Part shown: one piece after another, positions 1 to 11,850 of the stretch
Position numbering within the stretch: position 1 is the stretch's first letter
Layout of the letters: every line of letters starts with the position of its first letter
Origin: Lama guanicoe
Lineage: Eukaryota
Length of the DNA: 33,290 nt
Direction: 5' to 3'
NCBI GenBank assembly: GCA_013239625.1
Contig: MU053751.1
Span: 1 to 33,290 of the forward strand
Made by a program: the position numbers and the translations under genes
Notes under the pieces: generated by a model
Told to the model about the DNA's origin: nothing
Database searches by the model: none
The model's input: only the letters and a program-made list of their open reading frames with translations

Positions 1-1582
1 TCTGGTTGGGCATATCCCAGGGCCTCAACCAAAACATGGGGCACAGCCCTTCTCATGCCCCCCGTGTTTTTTCTTGTGTCAACAGTACTGGGTTGTGAAG
101 GGAACTCTGAGGCCCCAGCTAAGGGACAGAAGCAGCCTCCAGAGCTCCAATTGGCGGGTAGCCTCTCCCCCAACAAGGGCATTGGGTTCTGCCCGGTTCT
201 CTGTGTTTCTCTGTTTTGCTGACTCCCCAGCCAGACAGCGTCCTCCTAAGCCTGTNNNNNNNNNNNNNNNNNNNNNNNNNNNNNNNNNNNNNNNNNNNNN
301 NNNNNNNNNNNNNNNNNNNNNNNNNNNNNNNNNNNNNNNNNNNNNNNNNNNNNNNNNNNNNNNNNNNNNNNNNNNNNNNNNNNNNNNNNNNNNNNNNNNN
401 NNNNNNNNNNNNNNNNNNNNNNNNNNNNNNNNNNNNNNNNNNNNNNNNNACTGAGATGTTTCTTTCTCACACAGCCTGCGTCCTTTCACTTTCCCCTTGT
501 TACCTTAAAAAAGCCTTTCCTGAGTCTCCCACCCCTCTGATTCTGAACTTCACAAAGTGCTGAGGTTGCAGTCACTATGTGCATACCTCCCAGGGTTTGG
601 CTAGGTTTCCTTTGCAACATCTTCATTAAGGAGCTGGAACAAGAAGTTTAAAGAGGCTATTCCTTCATCTTAGCGGAGGAGTCTGGAAAAAACCTAAATG
701 GCTTTCAAGAGAGATTTAACCAGGGACAGAGATGTCGCAGTTCCTAGTCAAAACTGTCATGAGGCAAAATGTTCTTCATAGACTCAGAGTGGCTTCTGAA
801 CGCGGAATCGGCAGGGAGGAGGTGACAGGCAGTGAGTGGCATAAGTGACACAGATTACGCTCCCCCAGCAGGGGAAGAATTGGTATTTTTCTAGTTTTCC
901 AAACAATTTCTTACTACCTTTTTCTCTTATTGTGACATACCATTTCCTACGAATTAAGCATATCAATATCAGTTATTTGAGCCACTTGGGGGAAGCTACA
1001 TGATGCCATTCACAGGGCTGGGGCATGACAGCCACACCAGTCTAGGTTGAAAGACCAGTGGGGGTATTTCCAAGGTATTCACAGGCATGCAGCAAACTCC
1101 GCAGCTTCAATGACCTCATCTTAAAGCTGGGGCCAGTAAAACTACCAAGCAAAGTGCGTGATGATTATGGCCGACACCTGTTTACTAGGTAAGTGCCAGT
1201 GACAACTGCCGCTTAATGGGGAATGAGTTCGATCAATGAAGCCCTGTCTACCTGGCAACACGCGCCCTGTCTTCCTGCCTTGGTGCAGCAGCAGAGTGTA
1301 TTTAGCTGAGATGAATGCCCCAAGAGCAGCCCAGACGAGAAAGCTCTCAGCTCTGCACGGCGAGACGTGTTCCTTTCCTTCTCAGAGCTGATCACAGTTT
1401 GCAGTCATCTGTTTTTATGTTTATCACTTTTCTAACTGCCTCTGCTCCGGAGATTTTGCTCAAGCAGCACAGGGCCAGGTGTGTCTTGCGGCCTGCCGGA
1501 TATTCTGGGCTGGGAAACAGCCGAACCCACATCTAGCTCTGGTGCTGAAAGGAGAGGGCAGAAGGCCCAGGGTCCCATGCTG

Positions 1583-1715
1583 AATCGAGACCCCTGCATC
1601 CAAAATTCTGTTCTGACTTTGGGCAAATTGCCCAGTCTTCTTTACCTTGAGATTCCTCATCTGTCCATGAAAATAACTGCCCATGGCACACAGAGTTACA
1701 AAGATTAAAGGAAAT
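1583..1715 (+). mobile_element. MIR SINE fragment
   Basis: TGACTTTGGGCAAATTGC...GATTCCTCATCTGT...ATGAAAATAA resembles the MIR core. Boundaries are approximate. Confidence 0.65.
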
Positions 1716-1827
1716 CACCAAATTCACAACCTATTCAAAGGGCTACCAGTGCATCCTCAACCGACATATGCTGCCTTTACTGCTCTGACGCACGCTAAGC
1801 GGGGTGGCCCCACACAGTGAACACTGC

Positions 1828-2010
1828 TAAGTGCCAGTGTGTTAAGTGCTTCATCTGTGCTATAATACTCTTTAGAACTTACAACATTCCCAGGAAGAAA
1901 CGAATATTATCATGCCCGTTTCACAGATTCTCCAACAGGTTAAGAGAGTTTACATTCTATTCCAAGGCCCTATGGTGAGGAAATGGCGATTTTAACCGGA
2001 ATCTGGGCCC
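1828..2010 (-). mobile_element. MIR SINE fragment
   Basis: TGTGTTAAGTGCTT...TATTATCATGCCCGTTTCACAGAT...GGTTAAG resembles the reverse MIR core. Confidence 0.55.
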
Positions 2011-2362
2011 AGACCTTGGCTCCAACTCTCTCCCATCCACTTGACCACTTGCCTATGAATTCCCCCTGTCCAATACACAAGTTTGCAGCCGGCCAGCTTT
2101 TAAATGCAATGTGTGCCAACGTATGTCATTGTTGGTTAATTACCATAATCTGTTCTCAGAAACCACTACAGTAAAGAAAGGTGGACTTAAGGAATTCTGA
2201 CTTGCGTTCTCCTGTAATGTGCAGAAACCCTTCCCTACACCACCAAATCCAAATGTATGCTTCCTCCATGTTTATGTTTTCACATGGCTTATTAATTAGA
2301 AGGTACCTGCAGTAATTCCATCTCGGTTGCTTTCCAAGGTTGCAGATTATCCATAATCAATC

Positions 2363-2856
2363 TGTGAACGAAAATACTACAATGTGAATGAAAATGCTGC
2401 AACCATGTGAGTAAACAAAGAATACTGAAACCAAGTCATTAAAGGTTGCTGCCACCACCCAGCTAGGACAGGCCTGCAGCCCATCCGATGCAGCAACTCA
2501 CCATGGTGCCTTCTGAGCAGACTCAGAATAGGAAAGGACAGGCTACTGGCCCTAGATAGCTAGGTGCTTGTCTAAAAAATGGATTCATTGAGTCTAAATA
2601 TTTGCTTCCTCCCGTATATACAAAAGCACTACATTCTTGAACTTGAGATACCTCGCTTTCTTTAGATAACAAGCAATCTTTTATTGTTCCAACAACCTGG
2701 TCCTTGTTGTAAAGCTCCTATATAACCTCGCTCTTCCTCAACCACTTGGGAGTAGTCCCTCAGAGAGATCTGAGAGGCTGTCATCCCGGCTCGAATCCTC
2801 CCGCCAAATAAAACATAACTCTTAACTTTTAGGCTGCACATGTATTTCAGTCAACA
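2363..2856 (+). mobile_element. 5' LTR of the provirus
   Basis: Begins TGTGAA and ends ...TTTCAGTCAACA (TG...CA). TATATAA at 2719-2725, AATAAA at 2807-2812. Homologous to 8840-9268. Confidence 0.9.
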
Positions 2857-2860
2857 GTTT

Positions 2861-2878
2861 TGGACACCATGAAGAGAC
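2861..2878 (+). promoter_or_regulatory. Degenerate primer-binding site, tRNA-Arg type
   Basis: TGGACACCATGAAGAGAC lies 4 nt after the LTR end and matches 14/18 to TGGCGACCACGAAGGGAC, the complement of the recalled tRNA-Arg(TCG) 3' end. Confidence 0.65.
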
Positions 2879-3105
2879 CCACGGCAGACTTCTCTCCACC
2901 TAGACTCTCTGAGTAACCGGAGCCTTGGTACCAGCAGTGGCCCTTTGTGCCCATCGGCCTCCTCGGGAAGTCCAGATGAATTTGGGTGAGTCTCTCCTGT
3001 TTCTCGGATCTCACATATTGGTTGATGATCCTGAGTTTTATCTAGCAGTGTATCCAGGTACGTGGCCCTCCAGTTGAAAAAACTGGGGTGAATTACCAAC
3101 CCAAA

Positions 3106-3252
3106 GGAGACATACTGGGTGGGGCCTGGTTGAAAGATAACGGGAAATACACACCTTGAGGAGACGTCCGAAGTGTGTCCGGTGGAAACATATGAGGAAA
3201 ATACTCACCCAGTGGAGACGTCCCGAGTGGGTCCAAGTTGAAAGACACTGGG
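3106..3252 (+). repeat. Imperfect 54-bp tandem repeat in the ERV leader
   Basis: GGAGAC recurs at 3106, 3160 and 3214 (exact 54-nt period). Each copy contains GTTGAAAG or GTGGAAAC, and the first two also contain AAATAC.CACC. Confidence 0.7.
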
Positions 3253-4849
3253 TTCAGGACTGAGTGGTTAGGTATGAGGATGGTCTAATGTTTTCCTCAA
3301 TTTGGTTACCTCCATTNNNNNNNNNNNNNNNNNNNNNNNNNNNNNNNNNNNNNNNNNNNNNNNNNNNNNNNNNNNNNNNNNNNNNNNNNNNNNNNNNNNN
3401 NNNNNNNNNNNNNNNNNNNNNNNNNNNNNNNNNNNNNNNNNNNNNNNNNNNNNNNNNNNNNNNNNNNNNNNNNNNNNNNNNNNNNNNNNNNNNNNNNNNN
3501 NNNNNNNNNNNNNNNNNNNNNNNNNNNNNNNNNNNNNNNNNNNNNNNNNNNNNNNNNNNNNNNNNNNNNNNNNNNNNNNNNNNNNNNNNNNNNNNNNNNN
3601 NNNNNNNNNNNNNNNNNNNNNNNNNNNNNNNNNNNNNNNNNNNNNNNNNNNNNNNNNNNNNNNNNNNNNNNNNNNNNNNNNNNNNNNNNNNNNNNNNNNN
3701 NNNNNNNNNNNNNNNNNNNNAAAATCCCCTGGGAACTTGGATTTCTCTTCCTGTGTCCTTGAAATATAAATGTTTTATCTTTCTCTGGGTGTTTTAAGTG
3801 TGTGTATATATGTGTATATATGTGTACTCTTTTTTTAAAAGGAAACCTTGGACTCTGCCATACAAAAGGTAGAAGTATTTTGTACATATGGTGGCCACGC
3901 AAATAAATTGGATTCTAAGCAGTTCTTTGATTGTACAAATTTTCATATATTTTGCCATCTTAAACTCTGCTTCATCAGCCTGGACCACAAAGGCCTTTAG
4001 CTTTTGGACAGTAAGCCTTTGAATTTTATTTAGGCAACACCCCCACTCTCATGTGGAAGAGCCTCTTCAACTTATTGGTTTAATATCACTATATATGTAT
4101 ATATAAAAATTGACGGCCATATTATGGATCCTTTAATTTGGAAAAACCTTTAAATTGGTGAAAGATTAAAGAGATCTTATTATAAACAGCTGTTTTATTG
4201 GTTCCTATTAAAATCAAGTTTAAAGGTAGAAAAATATATCTAATGTTTAACCTAGGAACTTAGTTAAAAAAATAAAACTGGTTTGAAAAGCTACATTTGT
4301 GTTTTTCGTTTCATATAAATGTTTCTAGATATGCTAATAAAAACTTAGAAAAATTAATGTTAATTAGTTCGAATAACTGGAAAAAGGATTGTAAAAATGT
4401 GGAAAAAAAAAAGGTAAGTGTCTTATCCCAAATGGATAAATATTTTTATACTGTTATTTTAAATGAGATAAATAAAATGGACATTTTTGGATTTAGATAC
4501 AAGGTTTTGATACTACACTACGTAAAGTTAAAATAAAAGGGCCAAAGAGATCACCTACACCCCCCAACATTAAAGTTCAAATAAGTCCGTTTTATTTACC
4601 ACACTTTAAAATATATGTATATTTAGACTGAAATACTTGATCAATAATTGGGACAACAGACCAATTAATCAAGTTAAATACTAAGAAGGGCCTAAGCTCT
4701 TTGTCTGAAATTTGGGCATCCTAGAGACGTCTATAAAATTATATATAATGCACACAAAAAAAAAGTCTTCTGGCACTCCTTCTAGAAATAAATATTGATT
4801 AAACCTAATAAATATAAAAATTAAAGGAATAAGATTTAATAAAATTGAG

Positions 4850-5060
4850 ATAAAAGTTTGTGAAATTGGTATATTTAAATGGTCTTTATACAATCCTTTT
4901 GCTTATGTTGTGGGATAGATATGTTTCAGTGGAAAAACGCTTCCCCTTCTTGGTATTATAAGGCTGGGCACATATCTCTCCCTCTGAAAATATTAATTGA
5001 ACTAATTAAAGGAAACCAATATTGATGCATGAGCCGTCCAATATAACGTAAATATAAAAA
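4850..5060 (+). pseudogene. Highly degenerate retroviral protease C-terminus / pro-pol junction remnant (ERV-L-like)
   Basis: Frameshifted reading ...AYVVG/IDMFQW...LKILIELIK/KPILMHEP resembles the recalled ERV-L segment CIIGIDILSSW...RAIMVGKAKWKPLELPLP. No intact DTGA motif is visible. Confidence 0.4.
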
Positions 5061-7784
5061 CTAATATTGAGTGGCTAATAAAAAAATATAATTAGAGTTT
5101 TACCCTGAGATTAACTTATAACACAAGGAAAAGAGACCTTACTAAATGCCTAATGCAAGCTTTGGAATACATGATAAAAGTAAAGCTTAAAGTTTTAAAA
5201 CACGGAATTCTTTGTTTACAGCTCTTCTCACTGACACAAAAATGCCAATTAAGGAGATAAAATTGGGTCTGGGTGACAGAGCAGTTCTCTGGGGACCTGG
5301 AAGAGAGTGTCTTTGNNNNNNNNNNNNNNNNNNNNNNNNNNNNNNNNNNNNNNNNNNNNNNNNNNNNNNNNNNNNNNNNNNNNNNNNNNNNNNNNNNNNN
5401 NNNNNNNNNNNNNNNNNNNNNNNNNNNNNNNNNNNNNNNNNNNNNNNNNNNNNNNNNNNNNNNNNNNNNNNNNNNNNNNNNNNNNNNNNNNNNNNNNNNN
5501 NNNNNNNNNNNNNTGAAGCTATGAGTAGCTTTTGTCTGATTATTAGCCTGCGTACACATTATAGGTGTGAGATATTTCTACTGCTAAAAAAAAAGTCAAA
5601 GTGAAAGAGCTCTGCTTAATTGACGTAAAAATATAATATAAGNNNNNNNNNNNNNNNNNNNNNNNNNNNNNNNNNNNNNNNNNNNNNNNNNNNNNNNNNN
5701 NNNNNNNNNNNNNNNNNNNNNNNNNNNNNNNNNNNNNNNNNNNNNNNNNNNNNNNNNNNNNNNNNNNNNNNNNNNNNNNNNNNNNNNNNNNNNNNNNNNN
5801 NNNNNNNNNNNNNNNNNNNNNNNNNNNNNNNNNNNNNNNNNNNNNNNNNNNNNNNNNNNNNNNNNNNNNNNNNNNNNNNNNNNNNNNNNNNNNNNNNNNN
5901 NNNNNNNNNNNNNNNNNNNNNNNNNNNNNNNNNNNNNNNNNNNNNNNNNNNNNNNNNNNNNNNNNNNNNNNNNNNNNNNNNNNNNNNNNNNNNNNNNNNN
6001 NNNNNNNNNNNNNNNNNNNNNNNNNNNNNNNNNNNNNNNNNNNNNNNNNNNNNNNNNNNNNNNNNNNNNNNNNNNNNNNNNNNNNNNNNNNNNNNNNNNN
6101 NNNNNNNNNNNNNNNNNNNNNNNNNNNNNNNNNNNNNNNNNNNNNNNNNNNNNNNNNNNNNNNNNNNNNNNNNNNNNNNNNNNNNNNNNNNNNNNNNNNN
6201 NNNNNNNNNNNNNNNNNNNNNNNNNNNNNNNNNNNNNNNNNNNNNNNNNNNNNNNNNNNNNNNNNNNNNNNNNNNNNNNNNNNNNNNNNNNNNNNNNNNN
6301 NNNNNNNNNNNNNNNNNNNNNNNNNNNNNNNNNNNNNGTAAATGAATCTTAGAAGTAAGCTGGTATAAGATTAAATTTGGATTTCTCTCTGTTAAGAGGA
6401 AAAAATTTTCTTAAAATGTTAATCCACCTTCAGTAACAGATTGTAAAACTTCTTATACCACTTAGCTGATCTGTTCTGCCTTTATCTTTGACGTATTTTC
6501 TTGTTAATGAATTAGTACTGCTTTACAGTGATCTATATGTTTATCTGACCAAGTGTTCTGAAATCTTTTAACAAAGTCCCCAAATATGAAATTCTAATTA
6601 AAATTCTTTTAATCTCCAGTTAAGTTTGGGATGCTACAGAGGAACCCTGAAACATCCCAGAGAGAGATCTTAAACTAGTAAGATTCATTTGGCATGTTAA
6701 ATAACATGGTATTGTCAAATGAATCATAAAACTTCTAAGGTTATATTGAATGAGAAAATATTATTAATATAGATATAGTAGAAATTATATGGACTCCCTA
6801 AAATTCTGGTATATCTGAAATGTTACCAGTGATAATTATGGGTATAGCAAACAGGTTTCTTTATCGATTATAGTGTAACGGTGTTTAACCATGCTTTTAA
6901 ATCTTTTGTTATTTATAGACAGTTAATTGTTTTCTTCTGATGATTTTGCAAAATGCTTTCTCTTCAAGGAGATTTACTGATTTCTAATAAATTTCAAACT
7001 ATAGCACTGAATTAAACTGGGTAAGAAATTTTAAAGTTCTAATGAAAACTCTAATTAAAAGATTTAGTTACATGGGACTGAGTAAACTGGTGAATATGGT
7101 TATAATTTTTGATACTTTGAAATACTACTGGCTTTTAACCTGTTTCCCAGACATAAAGAATCTCTTCTCCTTAAGCTAGTTATGGTTCACAGCAATTTGA
7201 TAAATTATACCTATGTAATCAGACTTGGAACAGTTATCTTTTCTCTCTATCTGATCCCTCAAGAAACTAAAAACACTTAGGTCCCCAGTGGCTCTATCAG
7301 ACAAATTAGAAAGTTCATCTCCTCACAGATATAGGACAATAAAGGTATCTTAAGGATTTTAAAGAGAAAAGAATTTACCTAAATCTGTAAGGCAGAAACC
7401 CATGAAAAGCCTTAATGTGGCTTTCCTGGCCTTAGCAAACCTTATTAACATTCTACCCTGAGACTCCATATTAAAACTTCCAACACAGCCAATTTAAAAA
7501 AGCCTATATGTTCAAATAATCAGACTTCACTTGTAAAGAAATAAATCTTCATTTGCCTTTATTTGAGAAAACTGAGGGTAACTTTAGAGAGAAAAAAAGA
7601 CTTTATTTTGGTGGATATTAAATTCTAGTTTTCTTAATTGAGGTCCATATTTACTAAGACACTTCCCAGATCATTCCTTGCTGTTATGTCACATTGCTGT
7701 ACAGTTTAATTGAATTATGAAAAGGATACTCTAGGTTTGTTTCTGAAGCTCAGTAATCTATCCTTGGGTAAAGTTCCAATGCCC

Positions 7785-7970
7785 CATGACCTGCAGCTAG
7801 GGGATTATACATACTGGAACAGGCATGACTTAAATTACTGTCTCCAACCTGAATTGAAGGGCCCTTTATCAGGCACTCTTAACTAGACCATACACACCAA
7901 AGCTGAAGGAAACGGACTCTCGGATTCATTTCCTATCAGAAACAGCCCCTGCAGTGCACTGGCCAATAGA
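7785..7970 (+). pseudogene. Integrase C-terminal (GPY/F module) remnant
   Basis: Translates HDLQLGDYTYWNRHDLNYCLQPELKGP/YQALLTRPYTPKLKETDSRIH with one frameshift. This matches the class I ERV pattern PGD.V.....LQPRWKGPYQVLLT...KL.GIDSWIH. Confidence 0.8.
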
Positions 7971-8392
7971 GCACTGCTCACGTTAAAGCAATGCCCAATT
8001 GGAGAAAAAGCTACCAGGCCAGGATGAAAAGAAGACTACATCTGAGCTAGACAGCTGACCCAAGACACCGGACCAGGCCTGTATAACAATTTCTTTGATA
8101 ATTTCTCCAACCTTTGATTATGAACTACTCCAATTGTTAAGTTTATGATAAATTACCTATGTCTAGTACTTCTGTGTTACCTTGGTGGGTTTCCCTACTC
8201 CAAGGCTCTAACTAGATAGCCCTCAGAAACATTATTCTCAAAAGAAATTATAATTCTGATAAGGCCACTGTTGATCTTACAAGGTGGGAAACTTCACCTG
8301 GCCAATTAATACCTGCTCTAACCCTGATCATAAGTATGAACTTTCTCATAAGATCAAACTCAATCAGAAACACAGGCAAAATTTTAACCTAA

Positions 8393-8578
8393 AAATACAA
8401 CTTCTCCACTATTAAATTCTTACTCGTGTCTTTATTAAGATTACTTGCTTTATTACTTATATCCTGTCTATTTTATAAAATTGTTGTCTGTTACATTTCC
8501 CAATATGCAACTAGGTCTACAAGATTGATGATGGCTAAACATCTTGAAGAAACAGATAAAATTTATATCCCTGAGTAA
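8393..8578 (+). pseudogene. env TM anchor plus cytoplasmic tail remnant
   Basis: Stop-to-stop frame ...IKFLLVSLLRLLALLLISCLFYKIVVCYISQYATRSTRLMMAKHLEETDKIYIPE*. It is a hydrophobic stretch followed by a polar tail, at the expected position upstream of the PPT and 3' LTR. No upstream ATG. Confidence 0.55.
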
Positions 8579-8827
8579 ACTAAATATAATACTGTGATTC
8601 TAGCTATATGAATGAGCAATGAAGGGTAAACACTTCCTGGATCATAATAGACCAGTAAGACAGTTGATCCAGAGAACTTTTAGTATCAACAGGGCCTGAT
8701 AAAAAAACTAACACCTTGAATGGCAACTCAGAAGATTTTTCACCTGAACTAGGAATGAGCCATCCTAGCACCGTGGGACAAAATTGGTCATGAAATGTCT
8801 CTCAAAATATTGGTCGAATTTAGGACC

Positions 8828-8839
8828 AAGGGGGAACAC
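8828..8839 (+). promoter_or_regulatory. Polypurine tract
   Basis: AAGGGGGAACAC immediately precedes the TG of the 3' LTR. Confidence 0.7.
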
Positions 8840-9268
8840 TGTGAATGAAAATACTGCAACCATGTCAGTAAACAAAGAATGCTGAATCCAAGTCATCAGC
8901 GGCTGCTGCCAACCCCCAGCGAGGACATGCCTGCAGCCCGGCCTCTCAGTCACTCACAGAGGTGCCCTCTGAGAGGACTGAGAGTACGAAGGAACAGGCT
9001 ACTGGCCCTGGATAGCTAGGTGCTTGTCAAAGGAATGAATTCAATGACCCAAATATTTGCTTCCCACCATACATAGAAAAGCACTAAATACTTGAACTTT
9101 AGATATCTGGTTTTCTTTAGATAACAAGCAATATTTTATTGTTCCAATTACCTGGTCTTTGTTGTAAGCTTCTATATATCCTAGCTCCTCCCCTACCTCT
9201 TGGGAGAAGTCCCTCAGAGTGATCTGAGAGGATGTCATCCCGGCTCGAGTCCTCCAGCCAAATAAAAC
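8840..9268 (+). mobile_element. 3' LTR of the provirus (U5 end unclear)
   Basis: TGTGAATGAAAATACTGCAACC... aligns with the 5' LTR up to AATAAAAC at 9261-9268. Similarity drops after that. Confidence 0.9.
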
Positions 9269-10009
9269 CAAGCCCTTGACAAGCTGAACGTTCAATTAAG
9301 TCCCAGAATAGACACAACTCATCAATTCTGTAATGGAACACACTGAATCAGGAACCAAAAGCATGTTTTATTTCGGAAAAACTACGGGTTCCTTTTTCTT
9401 CCTGTCATTATACAACCCCTCCAGAACTCATTAACTTGATGCCTGCTCCTCTGGCAACCAAACCCATAGAAGAGTCAACTCAGCAGAGCATCCTGCTGGG
9501 GAGAAACCGCCGTACCAGTACTGCAGGCTACCTGCCCTCCCCCACGCTCTGCTGACCCTTGGTGTCCTCCGTGGAGACCAGGCCAACAGAGCTGTTCCCA
9601 ACAGCTGCAAAGTCGCACACGTTTAATTAATCATTTGATTTTATACGATATTTTACATATATAACCATCTCTGAAAACAGCTTTGCCAGAAGCCCAAATC
9701 TTCAACATCAATCCCCAAAGGCAAATCCGTTCCCCAAGGGGAAACAAGACTTAAGACGACGCTAAGGCCTCCACAGTCCTCTCAAGGACCGTCAACCAAA
9801 CTGCCTGCAGGTCTGCAGCTGCAGGCGGTTACATGTCTGCTTTTAAAGCAACCCCTTCCTGCCCTCGGGTGTTACAGTGTCCCTCTACGCCCTCCCGTCT
9901 CAGGGTAAGAGCAGTCGCTGCAGAACCTTGCAGGGAAGCACTGACAGGAGTCGACAAAGAGGATCAGAGCTAAACTCAGCCTTCTGATGACACGAGCTTG
10001 TCACTCTGT

Positions 10010-10090
10010 CACTTTACAGATGAAGATATATATAGAGAGAGGTGGGGTGATATTCCTCAAAATCACACAGCTAATAAGTGGAAAAGTCTA
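10010..10090 (-). mobile_element. MIR fragment
   Basis: TTTACAGATGAAGA...CAAAATCACACAGCTAATAAGTGG. Confidence 0.55.
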
Positions 10091-11419
10091 TAACTCTGTT
10101 CTTCCCTTAAGCGTGACGCCCAAGCTGGGACCCCCACAGGTTTCTCTCGTGCCTGGCTGAACAGTCCTTTCCTGTCAATCATAACCCACCAGATTGTCTG
10201 AACCTAGCCTGCCTTTTCAGCATCTTTTCCCTCCAGTCTCTCAGGAACAAGGTGGTTTGGGCCACTGTATGACTCCCGGCTCCCAGAAACCTCAGTGCTG
10301 ATGCTGCTCATGCCTGTGCATCCGGCCACCTGCTCAGAAGCTATTCCTCCCCTGCAGGAGGACGTTTCCACTCTCCGCAGGGACACTCCATCAGGGAAGC
10401 CCTCTTCTCACCCTCAGCACGGCAGGTGTCCCAGGCCACATCCTGACCTGCCACATTAGGACTGGGGGTACCCAGGTCTGCTAGTCAGACCAGCAGCCTC
10501 AGAGCCAGGGATTACGCCCGGGCCACTCTGCAAACCTACTACCCGTCTCACAGCCCCCAGCCAGCAGGTCACCTGGAAGTCACAGCAATTGCCCCACCCA
10601 ATCCAGAAGCCTCTTTATTTGCCAGCACCGCTGATGACTGGTCTCCAACCTTTGGTCAGGTTTGCACAAAACAGCACCTTCAACTGTGAAGCAGGGGGAT
10701 TTTGCTTCTGCTCCCCATCCTTACTGGAAACTTTAAGGGAAACGAAGAGGTCTTTTCTCAACACTTTTATGATGACACCCTCCCAACCGCAATACTCATA
10801 TGCTCAAGAGCTTTGGATCCACGTGATTTTGTTTCCCTTACGGTAAGTGACACAAAACACTGCGGGATTCTTCCTCTTTTGAGGGTATTTGTACTCAGTG
10901 TATCGGCTTTAATCTGTTTTTGTCTCTCTCTTCAGTATCCCTAGCAGTTGCCATCTCTTACTCCCTTCAGCAGCCGCCCTCCCAACAGCTAGTCTAGGAA
11001 ATCAGCTATGATGAGGGGCCCGGGGTCAGTCACAGAAGATGCAACTATGGCACAGAGAGGCTACATAATTTGCCCAAGAAGATCAGTTTCAACCCCCAAC
11101 AGTGTGTGTCAAGCCCCTCTGTTTAACTCTTATGCTAAGCAAGATAACTTTTTGTAGATTATGGTTATAAACATATGAGGTATAAAAATACATACAACTA
11201 CACACATCAACTCTAAGATGTTCACTAACTCCACTATTTTGTATCTATTTCTTTCTATTAAAAAAAATTAAGAACCTCTGCAGTCAGTATAGCAAAATCT
11301 TATTGGGCTTTAAGTCCAGATTATAGAGGTGTTAAGTGTGTCATTACTCATACTTATTTGTATATTCACAAGACAAAATGATTTGAAAGTCCCTCTTCCC
11401 TCCCCCTACTCACTACTGG

Positions 11420-11850
11420 CTCTCACCTGAGCTCCCAGACCACACATTTAACAGCCTTTCACTTTACCCACAGCTGAACTCATCAGTTTTCCCCCAGAAA
11501 TCCCTCTGCAGCTTTCCCATCCTCACAGCAAAGCAGGACCATCATTTACCTCATTAATCCACACAAAAACCTGGGCCTTACTCCATCCTATATTGACAGA
11601 CAGCATTCATCCTTTTCTTTTTATCTTCTGAACATGCTTTCAATCTGTTCGCTTTTACCCACTGATCGTCCCATCGCTCAAGTGGAAGCCACCAACACTG
11701 TCCACCTGGACTCACGAGTCTCCTAAGTGGCCCCAGAGCCACTCTCCCCTACTTGAGACAAATGGGATTGTGTCACTTCTGCGCTTTTTGGACTCATTTC
11801 AGACCCACTGTTCTTAGAAGAAACTCCAAGTTCTTTACATGGTGAAGGTC
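11420..11850 (+). mobile_element. L2 LINE fragment
   Basis: Pyrimidine-rich tract with CTCACCTGAGCTCCCAGAC, CTGAACTCATCA, AAAAACCTGGG, CACCTGGACT and ATTGTGTCACTTCT, typical of the L2 3' region. Confidence 0.6.

Larger units (their letters stand above)
2363..9268 (+). mobile_element. Decayed endogenous retrovirus provirus (ERV1/MER4-group-like, non-autonomous), two LTRs
   Basis: Direct repeats 2383-2814 and 8840-9268 (about 84% identical by eye), a PBS-like site after the 5' LTR, a purine tract before the 3' LTR, degenerate protease, integrase and env remnants, and an AT-rich internal region with three assembly gaps. Confidence 0.92.

Noticed and set aside
1..570. Possible LTR pieces around the first gap (...TTGTGTCAACA at ~83)
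   Set aside because: Too little sequence, interrupted by Ns, with no paired termini or PBS.
1213..1395. Minus-strand ORF starting ISSEKER as a candidate next TRAPPC9 exon (LSEEEK...)
   Set aside because: No similarity beyond a few residues. The next exon is probably outside the window or absent.
3106..3252. CRISPR-like repeat-spacer array
   Set aside because: The whole units are homologous with no unique spacers, the context is a eukaryotic ERV, and there are no cas genes.
10589..10848. Plus-strand ORF ending at a good donor-like CG|GTAAGT
   Set aside because: No convincing acceptor or protein similarity. Isolated donor motifs are common by chance.
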